From positions 5,055,739-5,119,738 of the forward strand of contig OX638377.1 of NCBI GenBank assembly GCA_951813615.1: 64,000 nt of DNA, read 5' to 3'. A program made the position numbers and the translations under genes. A model generated the notes under the pieces. The model was given only the letters and a program-made list of their open reading frames with translations. It was not told where the DNA came from and did no database searches. Below are positions 34,922 to 46,400 of this stretch, one piece after another; positions within the stretch are counted from its first letter, which is position 1, and each line of letters starts with the position of its first letter. This stretch comes from an uncultured Latescibacterota bacterium. GTDB taxonomy: Bacteria; Latescibacterota; UBA2968; UBA8231.

Positions 34922-36984
34922 CGCCGGTCACCGGCAGCCTCGTCTGGTTCAAGCCGGCGTTCCGCAAGGGACACCGGGGTCCCTACACCGCCTGGGTGAC
35001 GCACGACGCGACCGAGGTGACCCTTGATGCGGTGGCGACATGGGAACAGGCCCGGGTGGAGATGCCGGACGACGTGAACGGCATCGAAGGCACGCAGATC
35101 GAGGTACCGGCGGACGCGAGGAAGGTCCGTCTGATCAAGGTGTTCACCGGCCCCGAGGACCAACCCTGCCGGGAGGACTTGAGGCTGTGCTATTCCTATT
35201 CGCTCATCGTCAAGCGCCCGGGCAGTGCGCTGACGGGCGAGCTGGAGAAGCGCCCGTCGGTGACCGACGGCGGGTCGCTCCGCTACCGCTTCAGGGTCAA
35301 GCTAAGCGCGCCGGTCGAGCTCTCGCTCTCGGAATGGCAGAGCGACGTATTCACCGTCACCAACGGCACGATCACTGCCGCCAAGCACGTCGGCGGCGTG
35401 GGGTCGGGCCCCAACGGCGAACCGCTGGCCAAGACCTGGGACCTGACGGTGAACCCGACGGCCAACAGGACGGAGGTCGAGTACACGAGCAAGTCGAGTT
35501 GCACCGTGACCGGGGCGGTGTGCACGGTGGGCGGGCTGAAGCTCGGCAGCTTGAATTCGCTCACTTTCCGTAGAGGGGCGGATGGTGTGCCGAATGTCTC
35601 CATCGCGGACGCGAGCGCGATCCCGGAGGACGGGGAAATCGTGTTCACCGTCAGCATGACCAAGGCCTCGGACCATTACGCATATGTCGGCTTCCGAACC
35701 ATCGACTCCGGCGACGGAATGGGCACCGCCACGCCGAGCGAGGACTACCGGCCGCAGACCACTAAGCTCGTCATCCCCCCCGGAAAGACAGAGGTGAGCG
35801 CGGGCGTCGCCCTCATCACGGACCCGGAGGCCACCACCGAGAAGACGATCGAGGTGCAAATCGAGAACGCGAGGCTGGTCAACGGCAACCAAACGCTCTA
35901 CACGCTCCCGATCGATCGGGGCACGGCGACGGGCAGGATCGACTGTCGCGCCACGACCCGCACCCACTGCGGCATCGAAGTGGGCGAATCGGTCATCGGC
36001 AGGCTCGCCAGCACTTCCGACCGGGACTGGTACAGAGTGACGTTCGAAGCGGGAAAGGCCTACAGGATACACATGCCGGCAGGGATCGTCGATCCGCACT
36101 TCCATGGTGTGTACGACGATGGTGGCACGCTGATCGACGGCACGGCGAACGACGACGCCAGCGATGGCGACCTCGCAAGTACGGTCCATTTCCAGCCGAC
36201 GCGGAGCGGCGTTTACTACCTCTCGGCAGGGTCCAGCATCGGCGCCGGTCGATACAATCTCACCGTGACAGAGCTTGTCGATGACTGTTCTGCCAATACG
36301 GGCACCACCTGTTCGGTCACCGTGGGCGGTTCAGCCAGCGGGGAGATTCAGTTCGTTGGCGACCGGGATTGGCACGAGGTGCAGTTCGTATCGGGAACGG
36401 AGTACCGGATCGATCTGAAGGGTGAGGATGAGGACGCCTCCTTGACGCTGCCCGATCCGTACTTCCACGGAATCTACGACGACAGCGGCAATGTCATCAG
36501 CAATACGGAGAACGACGACGGCCTTGGTTCCAATGCAGGCAGCCGGGTCACGTACACGGCGACTCGGACCGGCGCCCACTATCTTTCCGCGGGTAATTTC
36601 GAGAGTGACGACGTACACCCGGATGATGCCGTCGGCACGTACAAGCTCGAGGTGACCGACACGAACTCTGGAAAGGTGGTGGTGGACGACCCGCTGGCCC
36701 TGCCCGACCGCCCTCAGTTGGCGCAGAACGCACCCAATCCATTCAACAGTCAGACAGTGCTGGCTTACTTCTTGCCCGCGGCCGGGCCAGTGCGCTTAGA
36801 CGTGTTTTCGTTGACCGGACAGCGAGTGGCCGTCTTGCAGCACGGGCTGCAACAGGCCGGCTATCACCAACTGCGCTGGCAGGGCCGCGACGACGCAGGG
36901 CATCCCCTCGCCAGCGGCATATATCTGTATCGACTAGTGACCTCAGAAGAGATTTTGACCCGCAAGCTCATCCTGCTGCGATAG
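34918..36984 (+). CDS. secreted protein with cadherin-like, Calx-beta and 2x PPC (pre-peptidase C-terminal)-like modules and a T9SS-type C-terminal sorting domain
   Basis: LKSLTVTP... indicates a cadherin-like beta sandwich. EDYRPQTTKLVIPPGKTEV indicates Calx-beta. DRDWYRVTFEAGKAYRI and DRDWHEVQFVSGTEYRI indicate PPC modules. The C-terminus is LAQNAPNPFNSQTVLAYFL...SGIYLYRL...KLILLR. The real N-terminus probably lies in the 34685 ORF. Confidence 0.85.
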   Translation: MTPVTGSLVWFKPAFRKGHRGPYTAWVTHDATEVTLDAVATWEQARVEMPDDVNGIEGTQIEVPADARKVRLIKVFTGPEDQPCREDLRLCYSYSLIVKRPGSALTGELEKRPSVTDGGSLRYRFRVKLSAPVELSLSEWQSDVFTVTNGTITAAKHVGGVGSGPNGEPLAKTWDLTVNPTANRTEVEYTSKSSCTVTGAVCTVGGLKLGSLNSLTFRRGADGVPNVSIADASAIPEDGEIVFTVSMTKASDHYAYVGFRTIDSGDGMGTATPSEDYRPQTTKLVIPPGKTEVSAGVALITDPEATTEKTIEVQIENARLVNGNQTLYTLPIDRGTATGRIDCRATTRTHCGIEVGESVIGRLASTSDRDWYRVTFEAGKAYRIHMPAGIVDPHFHGVYDDGGTLIDGTANDDASDGDLASTVHFQPTRSGVYYLSAGSSIGAGRYNLTVTELVDDCSANTGTTCSVTVGGSASGEIQFVGDRDWHEVQFVSGTEYRIDLKGEDEDASLTLPDPYFHGIYDDSGNVISNTENDDGLGSNAGSRVTYTATRTGAHYLSAGNFESDDVHPDDAVGTYKLEVTDTNSGKVVVDDPLALPDRPQLAQNAPNPFNSQTVLAYFLPAAGPVRLDVFSLTGQRVAVLQHGLQQAGYHQLRWQGRDDAGHPLASGIYLYRLVTSEEILTRKLILLR

Positions 36985-37055
36985 CTTGACAGCGCGCTTC
37001 GAAGCAATACCCCCACGCCACGCACGACGGTAGCGAGTTTACCTTTTGTACGCAG
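36695..37055 (+). repeat. duplicated T9SS-CTD coding end plus ~70-bp 3' flank (partner 59646-59996)
   Basis: The CTD codons are roughly 85-90% identical by eye. The flank TAGCTTGACAGCGCGCTTCGAAGCAATACCCCCACGCCACGCACGACGGTAGCGAGTTTACCTTT is identical. Confidence 0.85.
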
Positions 37056-37181
37056 TAGCACTCTATCTTGGGGTGTATCGAAAACTGTGACCCAAGACCT
37101 ACGCCTTCAAGCCGTCCGACAATTCTGAGTTCCCCCTTTTCCTCCTTCAGATTACAGCTAGACAATCTTTCTTCAAAAAGA

Positions 37182-37300
37182 CCATATATGGCCCTTTTTA
37201 TAATTTATACCATATATGGTCTTTTTGTTATTTTATATCATATATGGTCTTTTGATTTATTTTTTGTTTTATATGGTCTTTTACTCGACTAAAAATACCC
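37182..37300 (+). promoter_or_regulatory. four 28-bp-phased palindromic boxes (CCATATATGGTCTTTT) plus the conserved 15-mer CGACTAAAAATACCC
   Basis: The cores start at 37182, 37210, 37238 and 37267. The 15-mer is at 37286-37300. The array lies about 180-300 nt upstream of the giant-gene ATG. Confidence 0.65.
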
Positions 37301-37328
37301 CAATATAAATAATTATTATTGTAGTATC

Positions 37329-37357
37329 TTGACAATTTTTTATTCCTTAAATAAATT
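37329..37357 (+). promoter_or_regulatory. candidate sigma-70-type promoter TTGACA-N17-TAAATT for the 7291-aa gene
   Basis: It has a perfect -35 hexamer at 37329-37334 and a 17-nt spacer. The -10 at 37352-37357 matches 4 of 6 positions. This would give a leader of about 113 nt. Confidence 0.3.
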
Positions 37358-37476
37358 TTTGATTTTATGTGATTATGGTGCGGCTTCTTTGTCGGGATGA
37401 GGGATGAGGTGTTGATTGGCCGAACTCTATTTCCAAAACGCAGCGAGTGTTATCGCATCTTTCCGAAAGGCGATCT

Positions 37477-40400
37477 ATGTCCAAAGCCAAGCCCTTTTAC
37501 GTGTATGATTTGCTATCCTTTTGTTCCGTGTCGGCCCGTTCGGTGTCGACGCTCTTCCTCGCCTTCGCCGCGCTGCTGACCGCGGCGGCACCCGCCCAAG
37601 CACAGACCGAAGTTCCGAGCAACTGGCCACTCATCCCTTCCGGTTTGAGCGCCGGCGATCAGTTCCGTCTGCTGGTGGTGGTGGAGGAAGCGAGGGACGC
37701 CACCGCAACCGACATCGCGGAATACGACAGCTTCGTTCAGACGGAAATCAGCCAGAACGGCCACGCGTCGATCCGGGACCATTCCAGCATTTTCAAGGTT
37801 CTGGGCTCGACGGCGACCGTCGACGCCAGGGATCATACGAACACGACCTATACCGCGTCGGACACCGGCGTGCCCATCTACTGGCTCAATGGCTCCAAGA
37901 TCGCCGACGACTACGACGATTTCTACGACGACGACTGGGACGGCAACAGCAAGGCAAATCCCCGATACGAGGACGGCAGCGCCGTCAACCCAGCCAACTC
38001 CTTCCGAATCTGGACCGGATCGTTTAATGACGGCACGACCTTTACTAATCAGGGCGGCCAGCCGTTGGGAGGAAACGGTGACGGCACCGGGAAGACGCGA
38101 ACGGCACGACCCACCGGGGGGACGGGCACACTCAACAACGGCCAGCGTGACGTCGCCACAGAGGTCCTCCCTGTCTTCGCCCTTTCCGGCGTCTTCGAAG
38201 TCGGCACCTCTTCCGCCGCCACCGTTTCGAATATTCAGATCACCTCCACCAACGGCGGCGACGGCGAATACGTGGCCGGCGACGAACTGGAATTCACCGT
38301 CACCTTCAGCGAAGCCGTCACCGTCACCGGCTCGCCGCAACTGAATTTCGTCACCAACGACACGGGTGGATCGTCCCCGGAAACGAGGCAGGCCACCTAC
38401 GACTCCGGCGCCAGCACCGGCACGGAACTGGTGTTCAACTACACGATAACGAGCGGGGATTTCGACGAGGACGGCATTGAATTGCCGAGAGACCCGATCG
38501 ATCTCAACGGCGGAACCATCGTCTCGCAGGCATCGAGCGATAACGCGGACCTGGCGTTCGCGGGCCGCTCCGACCAGGCGGCGCACAAGATCCACATTAA
38601 GCCAAAGCTCGTATTATCGAGCGTCAGCGTGGTTTCCGATCCTGCGTCGGCGGCAAACGGCTATGTGACCGGTGAAACCATCCGCATCGCCGTGACCTGG
38701 GACAAGATGGTCCGGGCGGTCACCAATCCGGTGGGCACGAGCAGCGACCCGAACTACCTGCCCGGCGGCGCTTCGCAAGTCACCATCAAGTTCGATTCCG
38801 ACGACGGCCTTGCCGCCTACTCCGAGGCGAGCGACGACTATACGCTGCACTTCGACTATGTCGTCCAGCCCGACGACTGGGACGACGGGGGATTGGTGAC
38901 CAACAGCTACCTCGTCCGCAACGGCGGCGCGATCACGCGCAAGGAAGTGACCGATGGCGTCGCAAGATTCGTGCGGGCTGCCGAGACCGGCCTGGCCCTG
39001 CCGCAACAAATCGCGCACAAGGTCAACGTAAACCGGCCCAAATTCAGCAGCCTCGCCGTCACCTCCTCGCCGGCCACGGGCGACACCTACCAGACCGGAG
39101 AAACCATCAAGGCCGAACTCACCTTCGACCAGACGGTGACCGTGGACGAGACCGGCGGCACGCCTCGGGTCACGATAGAATTGCAATCCGAGGGCGTTGG
39201 CGCCCCGGTCGAGCACTATTTCGATTATGCCAGCGGCAGCGGTACGGCGACGCTGGTGTTCGAATACGTGGTCCAGGCCGGGGACTCCGATGACAACGGC
39301 ATCACGATCCCTGCCAAGGCGCTGAAACTCAACGGCGGCACCATACGCTCTGCCAACGGCACCGACCTGCATTTAGAGGGTGGCGTGCCGGACGGCGGCA
39401 CCGATTACTCCGGCCACAAGGTCGACGGTGGCACCGTGGTCGCAGTGACCGTCTCCTTCGACGCCGCCACGTACACCGCCAGCGAGGAAGGCGCGGACGC
39501 CACCGTGACCGTCAACCTGAGCGCCGACCCCGAACGCGACGTCGTCATTCCCATCGTTGCGGAGGGTGCAAACGGCGGCAGCGCGAATGACTTCACGCTC
39601 ACCTCCCAGACCGTCACCATCGCCAGCGGGGCAACCTCCGGCACCTTCAAGGTCAGGGCGACCGACGACCTGATCGACGACGACGGCGAGACCGTCGCGC
39701 TCAGCTTCGGCGGGCTGCCGACCGGCGTTACCGCCGGCGCCCAGGCCACCGCCAGCGTCTCGATCACGGACGAGGACACGCGCGGCGTGATCTACAGCAG
39801 CCAGTCCGTCCGCGTCCCCGAAGGGCTTATTACGACTGCCGACGTGTTCACGATGAAGTTGGCCACGCAGCCGAGCAACGACGTTCGCGTGACTTTCGCC
39901 GAGGACCCCGATCAACAACTCGACATAACCCCTTCCCTGAATTTCACTCCGAGCAACTGGGGCACGCCGCAGCCTGTAAGTGTAGTGTGGGCCGCCAACG
40001 CCAGCCCGGACGAGAATATCGTGATCACGCTCACGCCCGAGTTCCAAGGAAGCGATTACCGCGACCTGGTGACTCCGGCAACCGTGACGCTCACCATCTT
40101 CGACCGGAGCCGACCAAGGCTGGAGAGCGCGACAGTCGACGGAACCAGCCTGGTACTGACCTACAATCAGGACCTCGACGACACCTCCGTGCCCGCGCAG
40201 GGCGACTTCGAGGTGACGGTTGATGGCGCGGACGTCTCGGTCAGTAGCGTCTCGATCGGCAGTAGCGTCTCGATCGACGGCGCAAAGGTTACCCTGACGC
40301 TGGCGACCGCGGCGGTGATGGGGGATGAGGTCGAGGTTTCCTATACGGTCCCAACCACCAATCCCATCCAGGACGAGGACGAGAACAAGGCCGGGGCGCT

Positions 40401-43400
40401 AACCGACCGGGCCGTGACCAACAACTCGCCCGACACCACCGCACCGAGCTTCAGTTCGGCGACCATCAACGGCGATATGCTGGTCCTCACGTACGATGAA
40501 GACCTGGACACGGGTTCGACGCCTGCGTCGGGTGCCTTCGAGGTGACGGTGGATGGCGCGGACGTCTCGGTCAGTAGCGTCTCGATCGGCAGTAGCGTCT
40601 CGATCGACGGCGCAAAGGTTACCCTGACGCTGGCGACCGCGGCGGTGATGGGGGATGCGGTCGTGGTTTCCTACACGGTCCCGGCCAACAATCCCATCCA
40701 GGACGAGGCGGAAAACATGGCTGCGGCGTTCAGCAACGAGTCGGTGACCAACAACACCGGGGAAGATTCGGACGCCACGCTCAGCGCCCTCACCCTCACA
40801 GAGACGGACGGCACGGCCATATCGCTGAACCAGACGTTCGCCTCCGGCACAACGAGCTACACGGCCATGGTTGCGGTCGGTATCGAGCAGGTCACCATCG
40901 TCGGCACGCCAACAAGCAGCGCCGCAAGTGTGGCCTACACGCCTTCGACCGACGCTGACCCGAACGAAGACGACCACCAGGTCGATCTGTCCTTCGGCGA
41001 GAATACGCTCAAGATCGTGGTTACCGCCGCCGACGCAACCGAGGAAACCTACACGGTCACGGTCGAGCGCGAAAAGCCGGTTGTTGAGATCATGGGCATA
41101 CAGGTTGCCGAAGGCGATGCCTCGGCGAGCCTCGGCGTTTCTCTCACGCCTGCGGTCAACGAGGAGGTGGTCGTGAACTACGAGACCCGGGACTACCCGG
41201 ATACAGGTAGTCCGGATCACGCATATGCCGGCTACGACTACACCGCGGTTTCCGGCAGCCTGACCTTTGCGGCCAACGAAACCGCCAAAACCATCGAGGT
41301 GGAGATTCTGGAAGACGACCTCTACGAAGGGGGAGGGGAGGTAGACGGAGAAACATTTTGGGTGTATCTCGCATTGCCTGCGGGGGCGAAAAACGCGAAC
41401 GTGGGTGTTCCGGGCGCAGTGCTGATTCGCGATAACGACGACCCGCCCACGGTCAGCATCGCCGACGCGAGCGCGGCAGAGGGCGACCCGGTCTCGTTTA
41501 CGGTGAGCCTGTCGGAGGTGAGCGGCCTCGACGTGACCGCCTCCTATACGACCTCGGTCAAAAGCGACGACACGGCGATTTCGGACACCGATTTCACTGC
41601 GGTAACCGGCGGAACCGTGACAGTCGCCGCCGGGAGCACGACCGCCACGGCGGATGTGGTTACCGTCGAGGACACCCACTACGAGGCCGACGAGACTTTC
41701 ACCGTCACCCTGAGCGCGCCACCGGCGGGCACGCACTTGAACGCGACCCTGTCCTCGGATCCGGTCGTGACCGGGACCATCACCAACGACGACGTTCTCG
41801 AACAGGTCACCGGGGTCACCCCGACGGTCGGTAATGCGAAGCTCACCATCAACTGGACCGCGGTGGTCGGCGCGGGCGGCTACAAGGTGCAGTGGAAATC
41901 CGGCACCGAGGACTACAGCGACTCGGCCACCCCCAGCCGTCAGGCGACGATTTCATCCGGAACCACCACGTCGTATGAACTCACCGGCCTGACCAACGAT
42001 GTCGAATACACCATTCGCGTCGCCGCCACGCACAGTGCCGCCGATGATGGTGCATGGTCCAGTGAAGTCTCGGCGACGCCCCGCACGCCGAACTCGCCTG
42101 CGGGGGGCGAGCCGACGATTTCGGGCGAGGCGCTTGTGGGCGAGGAATTGACCGCCGATGCCAGCGGAATCACCGATGCGAACGGCACGACCACGGCGAC
42201 CTACGCCTATCAATGGATTCGGGTGGACAGCGACGGCGTCAGCAATGCAACCGACATCGCCAACGCAACCGGCAGCACGTACACCCTAATCGCCGACGAC
42301 GAGAACAAAAAGATCAAGGTCAAGGTGAATTTCACCGACGACGCGGAGTATGAGGAGGAGCGAACGAGCGCGGCCTATCCCGCCACCAGTACGGTCGGTC
42401 CTGCCCGGAGCGACGACGCCACGCTCAGCGCCCTCACCCTTGCAGAGACGGACGGCACGGCCATATCGCTGAACCAGACGTTCTCCCCCGGCACAACGAG
42501 CTACACGGCCGAAGTCGCGGACGACGTCGCCCAGGTCACGATCGCCGCGACCGCCAACCATTCCGCCGCCAGCGTCGCCTACACGCCTTCGACCGACGCC
42601 GACACGGAAGAAGACGGCCACCAAGTCGATCTGTCCTTCGGCCAGAATACGCTCACGGTCGTGGTGACCGCCCAGGACGAAAGCACGGAAACCTACACGG
42701 TCACGGTCACGCGCAAGAAGAGCGACGACGCCACGCTCAGCGCCCTCACCCTTGCAGAGACGGACGGCACGGCCATATCGCTGAACCAGACGTTCTCCTC
42801 CAACAGAACGAGCTATACGGCCGAAGTCGAGGCCGACGTCCCTCGGATCACGATCGCCGCGACCGCCAACCATTCCGCCGCCAGCGTCGCCTACACGCCT
42901 TCGACCGACGACGACACGGAAGTAGACGGCCACCAGGTCGATCTGTCCTTCGGCCAGAATACGCTCACGGTCGTGGTGACCGCCCAGGACGAAAACACGG
43001 AAACCTACACGGTCAGGGTCATGCGCAAGCCGGTGACGGTTGGATTAGCCACGACAGGACATCAGACCACCGAAGACAACACGTCCCTTGAATTCACGGT
43101 AACGCTCAGCCCTGCGGTCGACGAGGCCGTGACGGTGGACTACCAGACTGTTTCAAATCCACCCGAAGACTATCCAGATGCCCCCGTCGCAGGCGAGGAC
43201 TACGTGGCGGCGTCCGGCAGCCTTACCTTTGCGGCAAACGAAACGTCGAAGATCATCGAGGTACGTATCCTGGAGGACCTGGCGGACGAAGAGGACGAGA
43301 ACTTCTGGCTGCAGCTCCTCGAGCCTGCGGACGCCACGAACGTGGATATTCCTACGAACAAAGTGTGGGCGACGATCCTCATATTCGACGACGACGATCC

Positions 43401-46400
43401 ACCTACCCTCGGCATCGCCGACGCCAGCGGGGACGAAGGGAATCCGGTTTCCTTCACCGTGAGTCTGTCGGCGGCCAGCGGCAAGGAGGTTTCCTTCCGC
43501 TACAAGACTTCAGTCGAAAGCGGCGACGACGCCACCTCGGGCACGGATTTCACTGCGGAATCCGGCCAGGACGTTACCATCGAACGCGGAAACGCGTCCG
43601 TCACGCTGGACATCGCTACGATCGAAGACACCGACTTCGAGGCGGACGAGACCTTCACCGTCACCTTGAGCGAGCATTCCTCGGTCACGGAAATGAACGC
43701 GACCCTGGAATCGGATCCGACCGCGACGGGGACCATCGTCGACGACGAGGAGCTCGCACAGGTCACCGGCGTCACGGCGACCGCTGGCAACGGCAAGCTC
43801 ACCGTCGAGTGGACCGCGGTGGCCAACGCCCAGGGCTACAGGCTGCAATGGAAGTCGGAAAACGACACGGACTACAGCAATTCGGCCACCGACAACCGCG
43901 AGGCGACGATTTCGTCCGGGACGACCGTTTCCTACGACCTCACCGGATTGACCAACGGCGTCGAATACACCGTTCACATCGCCGCCACCCACAACCTCGC
44001 CGGTGACGGCGCATGGTCCACCGAAGCCTCGGGGACGCCCTTCGTCCCGGACACCAGCATGCCGACCCTGACGCTGGCCACCGTCAGCGGCAACATGCTG
44101 GCGCTGACCTACGACAAGGACCTAGACGAGGACTCCGTGCCGGCGGCAAGCGATTTCACCGTGACCGTGGCGGGTTCGTCCGTCGCCGTGAACGACGTCT
44201 CGGTGAGCGGCAAGGCGGTTACCCTGACGCTGGCCACCGCCGCCGAGCACGGTAACACGGTGAGTCTGAGCTACACGATCCCGGCCAACAACCCCATCCA
44301 GGATACTTCCGGAAATGACGCGGCCGCCCTGAGCGCGCAGACCGTGACCAACAACACGCCCGATACCACCGCGCCCGCGTTGAGCAGCGCCGACGTCCAC
44401 GGCGCATCGCTGGTGCTGACCTACGACGAGGACCTGGACGGCAACTCCACGCCGGGGGCAAGCGATTTCACCGTGACCGTGGCGGGTTCGTCCGTCACCG
44501 TGAGCAACGTCTCGGTGAGCGGCAAGACGGTTACCCTGACGTTGGCCGCAGCCGTCGAGCACGGGAACACGGTGAGCCTGAGCTACACGATCCCGGCTAC
44601 CAACCCCATCCAGGACGCTGCCGGGAACGATGCGGCCGCCCTGAGCGGGCAGGCGGTGACCAACGACACGCCCGACACCACTGCGCCGGTGCTTGACACG
44701 GCGACCGTCAACGGCACATCGCTGGTGCTGACGTACGACGAGGACCTGGACGAGGACTCCGTGCCGGCGGCAAGCGATTTCACCGTGACCGTGGCGGGTT
44801 CGTCCGTTGCGGTGAGCGGGGTTGAGATAAGCGGCAAGGCGGTTACCCTGACGCTCGCCGCCCGCGCCCCATACGGCGACACGGTGAGCCTGAGTTACAC
44901 GGTTCCCGCCAGCAACCCGATCCAGGACGTTGACGGAAACAATGTGATGGGCCTGAGCGGGCAGACCGTAACCAATATCACGACGACGACGGCGGTGGCG
45001 CTGAGTGTGGATCCTGCGTCGGTGGACGAGGACGCCGGGGCGACGACGGTGACGGTGACGGGGACGCTGGACGGCGCGCCGCGCACGGTGGACACGGAAG
45101 TAACGGTAGCGGTGGGTGCGTCGGGCGACGCGGCGACCAGTGGGACCGACTACGCTGCGGTCGCCGATCTGACGCTGACGATTGCCACGGGCGCAACCTC
45201 CGGGACGGCCACGTTCTCGCTGACGCCGACGGACGACGACGTGGACGAAGCGGACGAGACCCTGTCGGTGACGGGCGCGACCACGGGCCTGACGGTGACC
45301 GGGACCACGGTGACAATCACCGACGACGAGGCGCGCGGGGTCACGGTCTCGGCAACCACGCTGAGCGTGCCCGAGGGCAGCACGGCCACCTACACGGTGG
45401 TGCTGACCTCGGAGCCGACAGCCGACGTGACGGTGACGCCGTCGGTGGCCTCGGGTTCGACCGATGTGACGTTCAGTCCGGAGTCGCTCACCTTCACCTC
45501 GGACAATTGGGGGACAGCCCAGGAGGTGACGGTGTCGGCGGCGCACGATTCCGATATCGACGACGACGAGGAGACGATAGAACATGCGGTGTCCGGCGGC
45601 GACTACGGGGCCAACAGCGTGACGGCCTCCGACGTTGCGGTGACCGTGACCGACGACGACACCGCTCCGGCGATCATTGCGGGGGGCGTGGAGGTCGCCT
45701 CCTACTCTCTGGCGACCTACAACACCTATGGCGTGGACGAGATCATTGCGGTCAGCGTGACGTTCGACAGGGACGTGAATGTAACCACGGCCGGCGGGAC
45801 GCCCTACGTCAAGGTGGAGTTCAAGAACGAGGACGTCAACGCCGTCGCTACCGAAAAGCATTTTAGCTACGCGAGCGGTTCCGGTACGCCCACGCTGCTG
45901 TTCGAGTACGAGGTGCAGGCCGCCGACCGGGACGACGACGGGATCAGGATCGAGAGTAACGCGCTGGTGCTGAACGGCGGCGTCATCCAGGATACCGACA
46001 GCCGGGACGCCCTGCTCACGCATGCCGCGGCCGGCAGGCAGCAGGCACACCGGGTCGACGGGAGCGAGGTGGTCGGGCCGGCGGAGCTGACGGGCTTCAA
46101 CCTCCGCCTGGCAGGCCTCAATAGCTCTGTGTCGTTCAGCCCGAGTTTCGATCCGGAGATCACGGCCTACACGGCTTCGGTCGACTACGGTGTCACACAC
46201 ATTACAGTGCGGGCAACCGCGGAGGAGGGCGGTGATGTGACCTATGCGGCCGAGGTGGTGGAAGGTTTCCAGTCTGGGAGACTGGTAGTTGCCCTAAGCG
46301 CGGGTTCGAACGAAATCAGGATCACGGCGAAGCGGCGCGGCATCCCCAATCGGGTCTATACCCTTACCGTAACGCGGGGGAGGCCGACCGTCACCATCGC

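Noticed and set aside
37182-37282. I considered whether the 28-bp periodic repeats could be a degenerate CRISPR array or iterons.
   Set aside because: The repeat core is about 16 bp with only about 12-bp AT-rich 'spacers'. The arrays have 2-4 units, sit in promoters of three paralogous loci, and have no cas or rep genes nearby. A regulatory operator array is the simpler reading.
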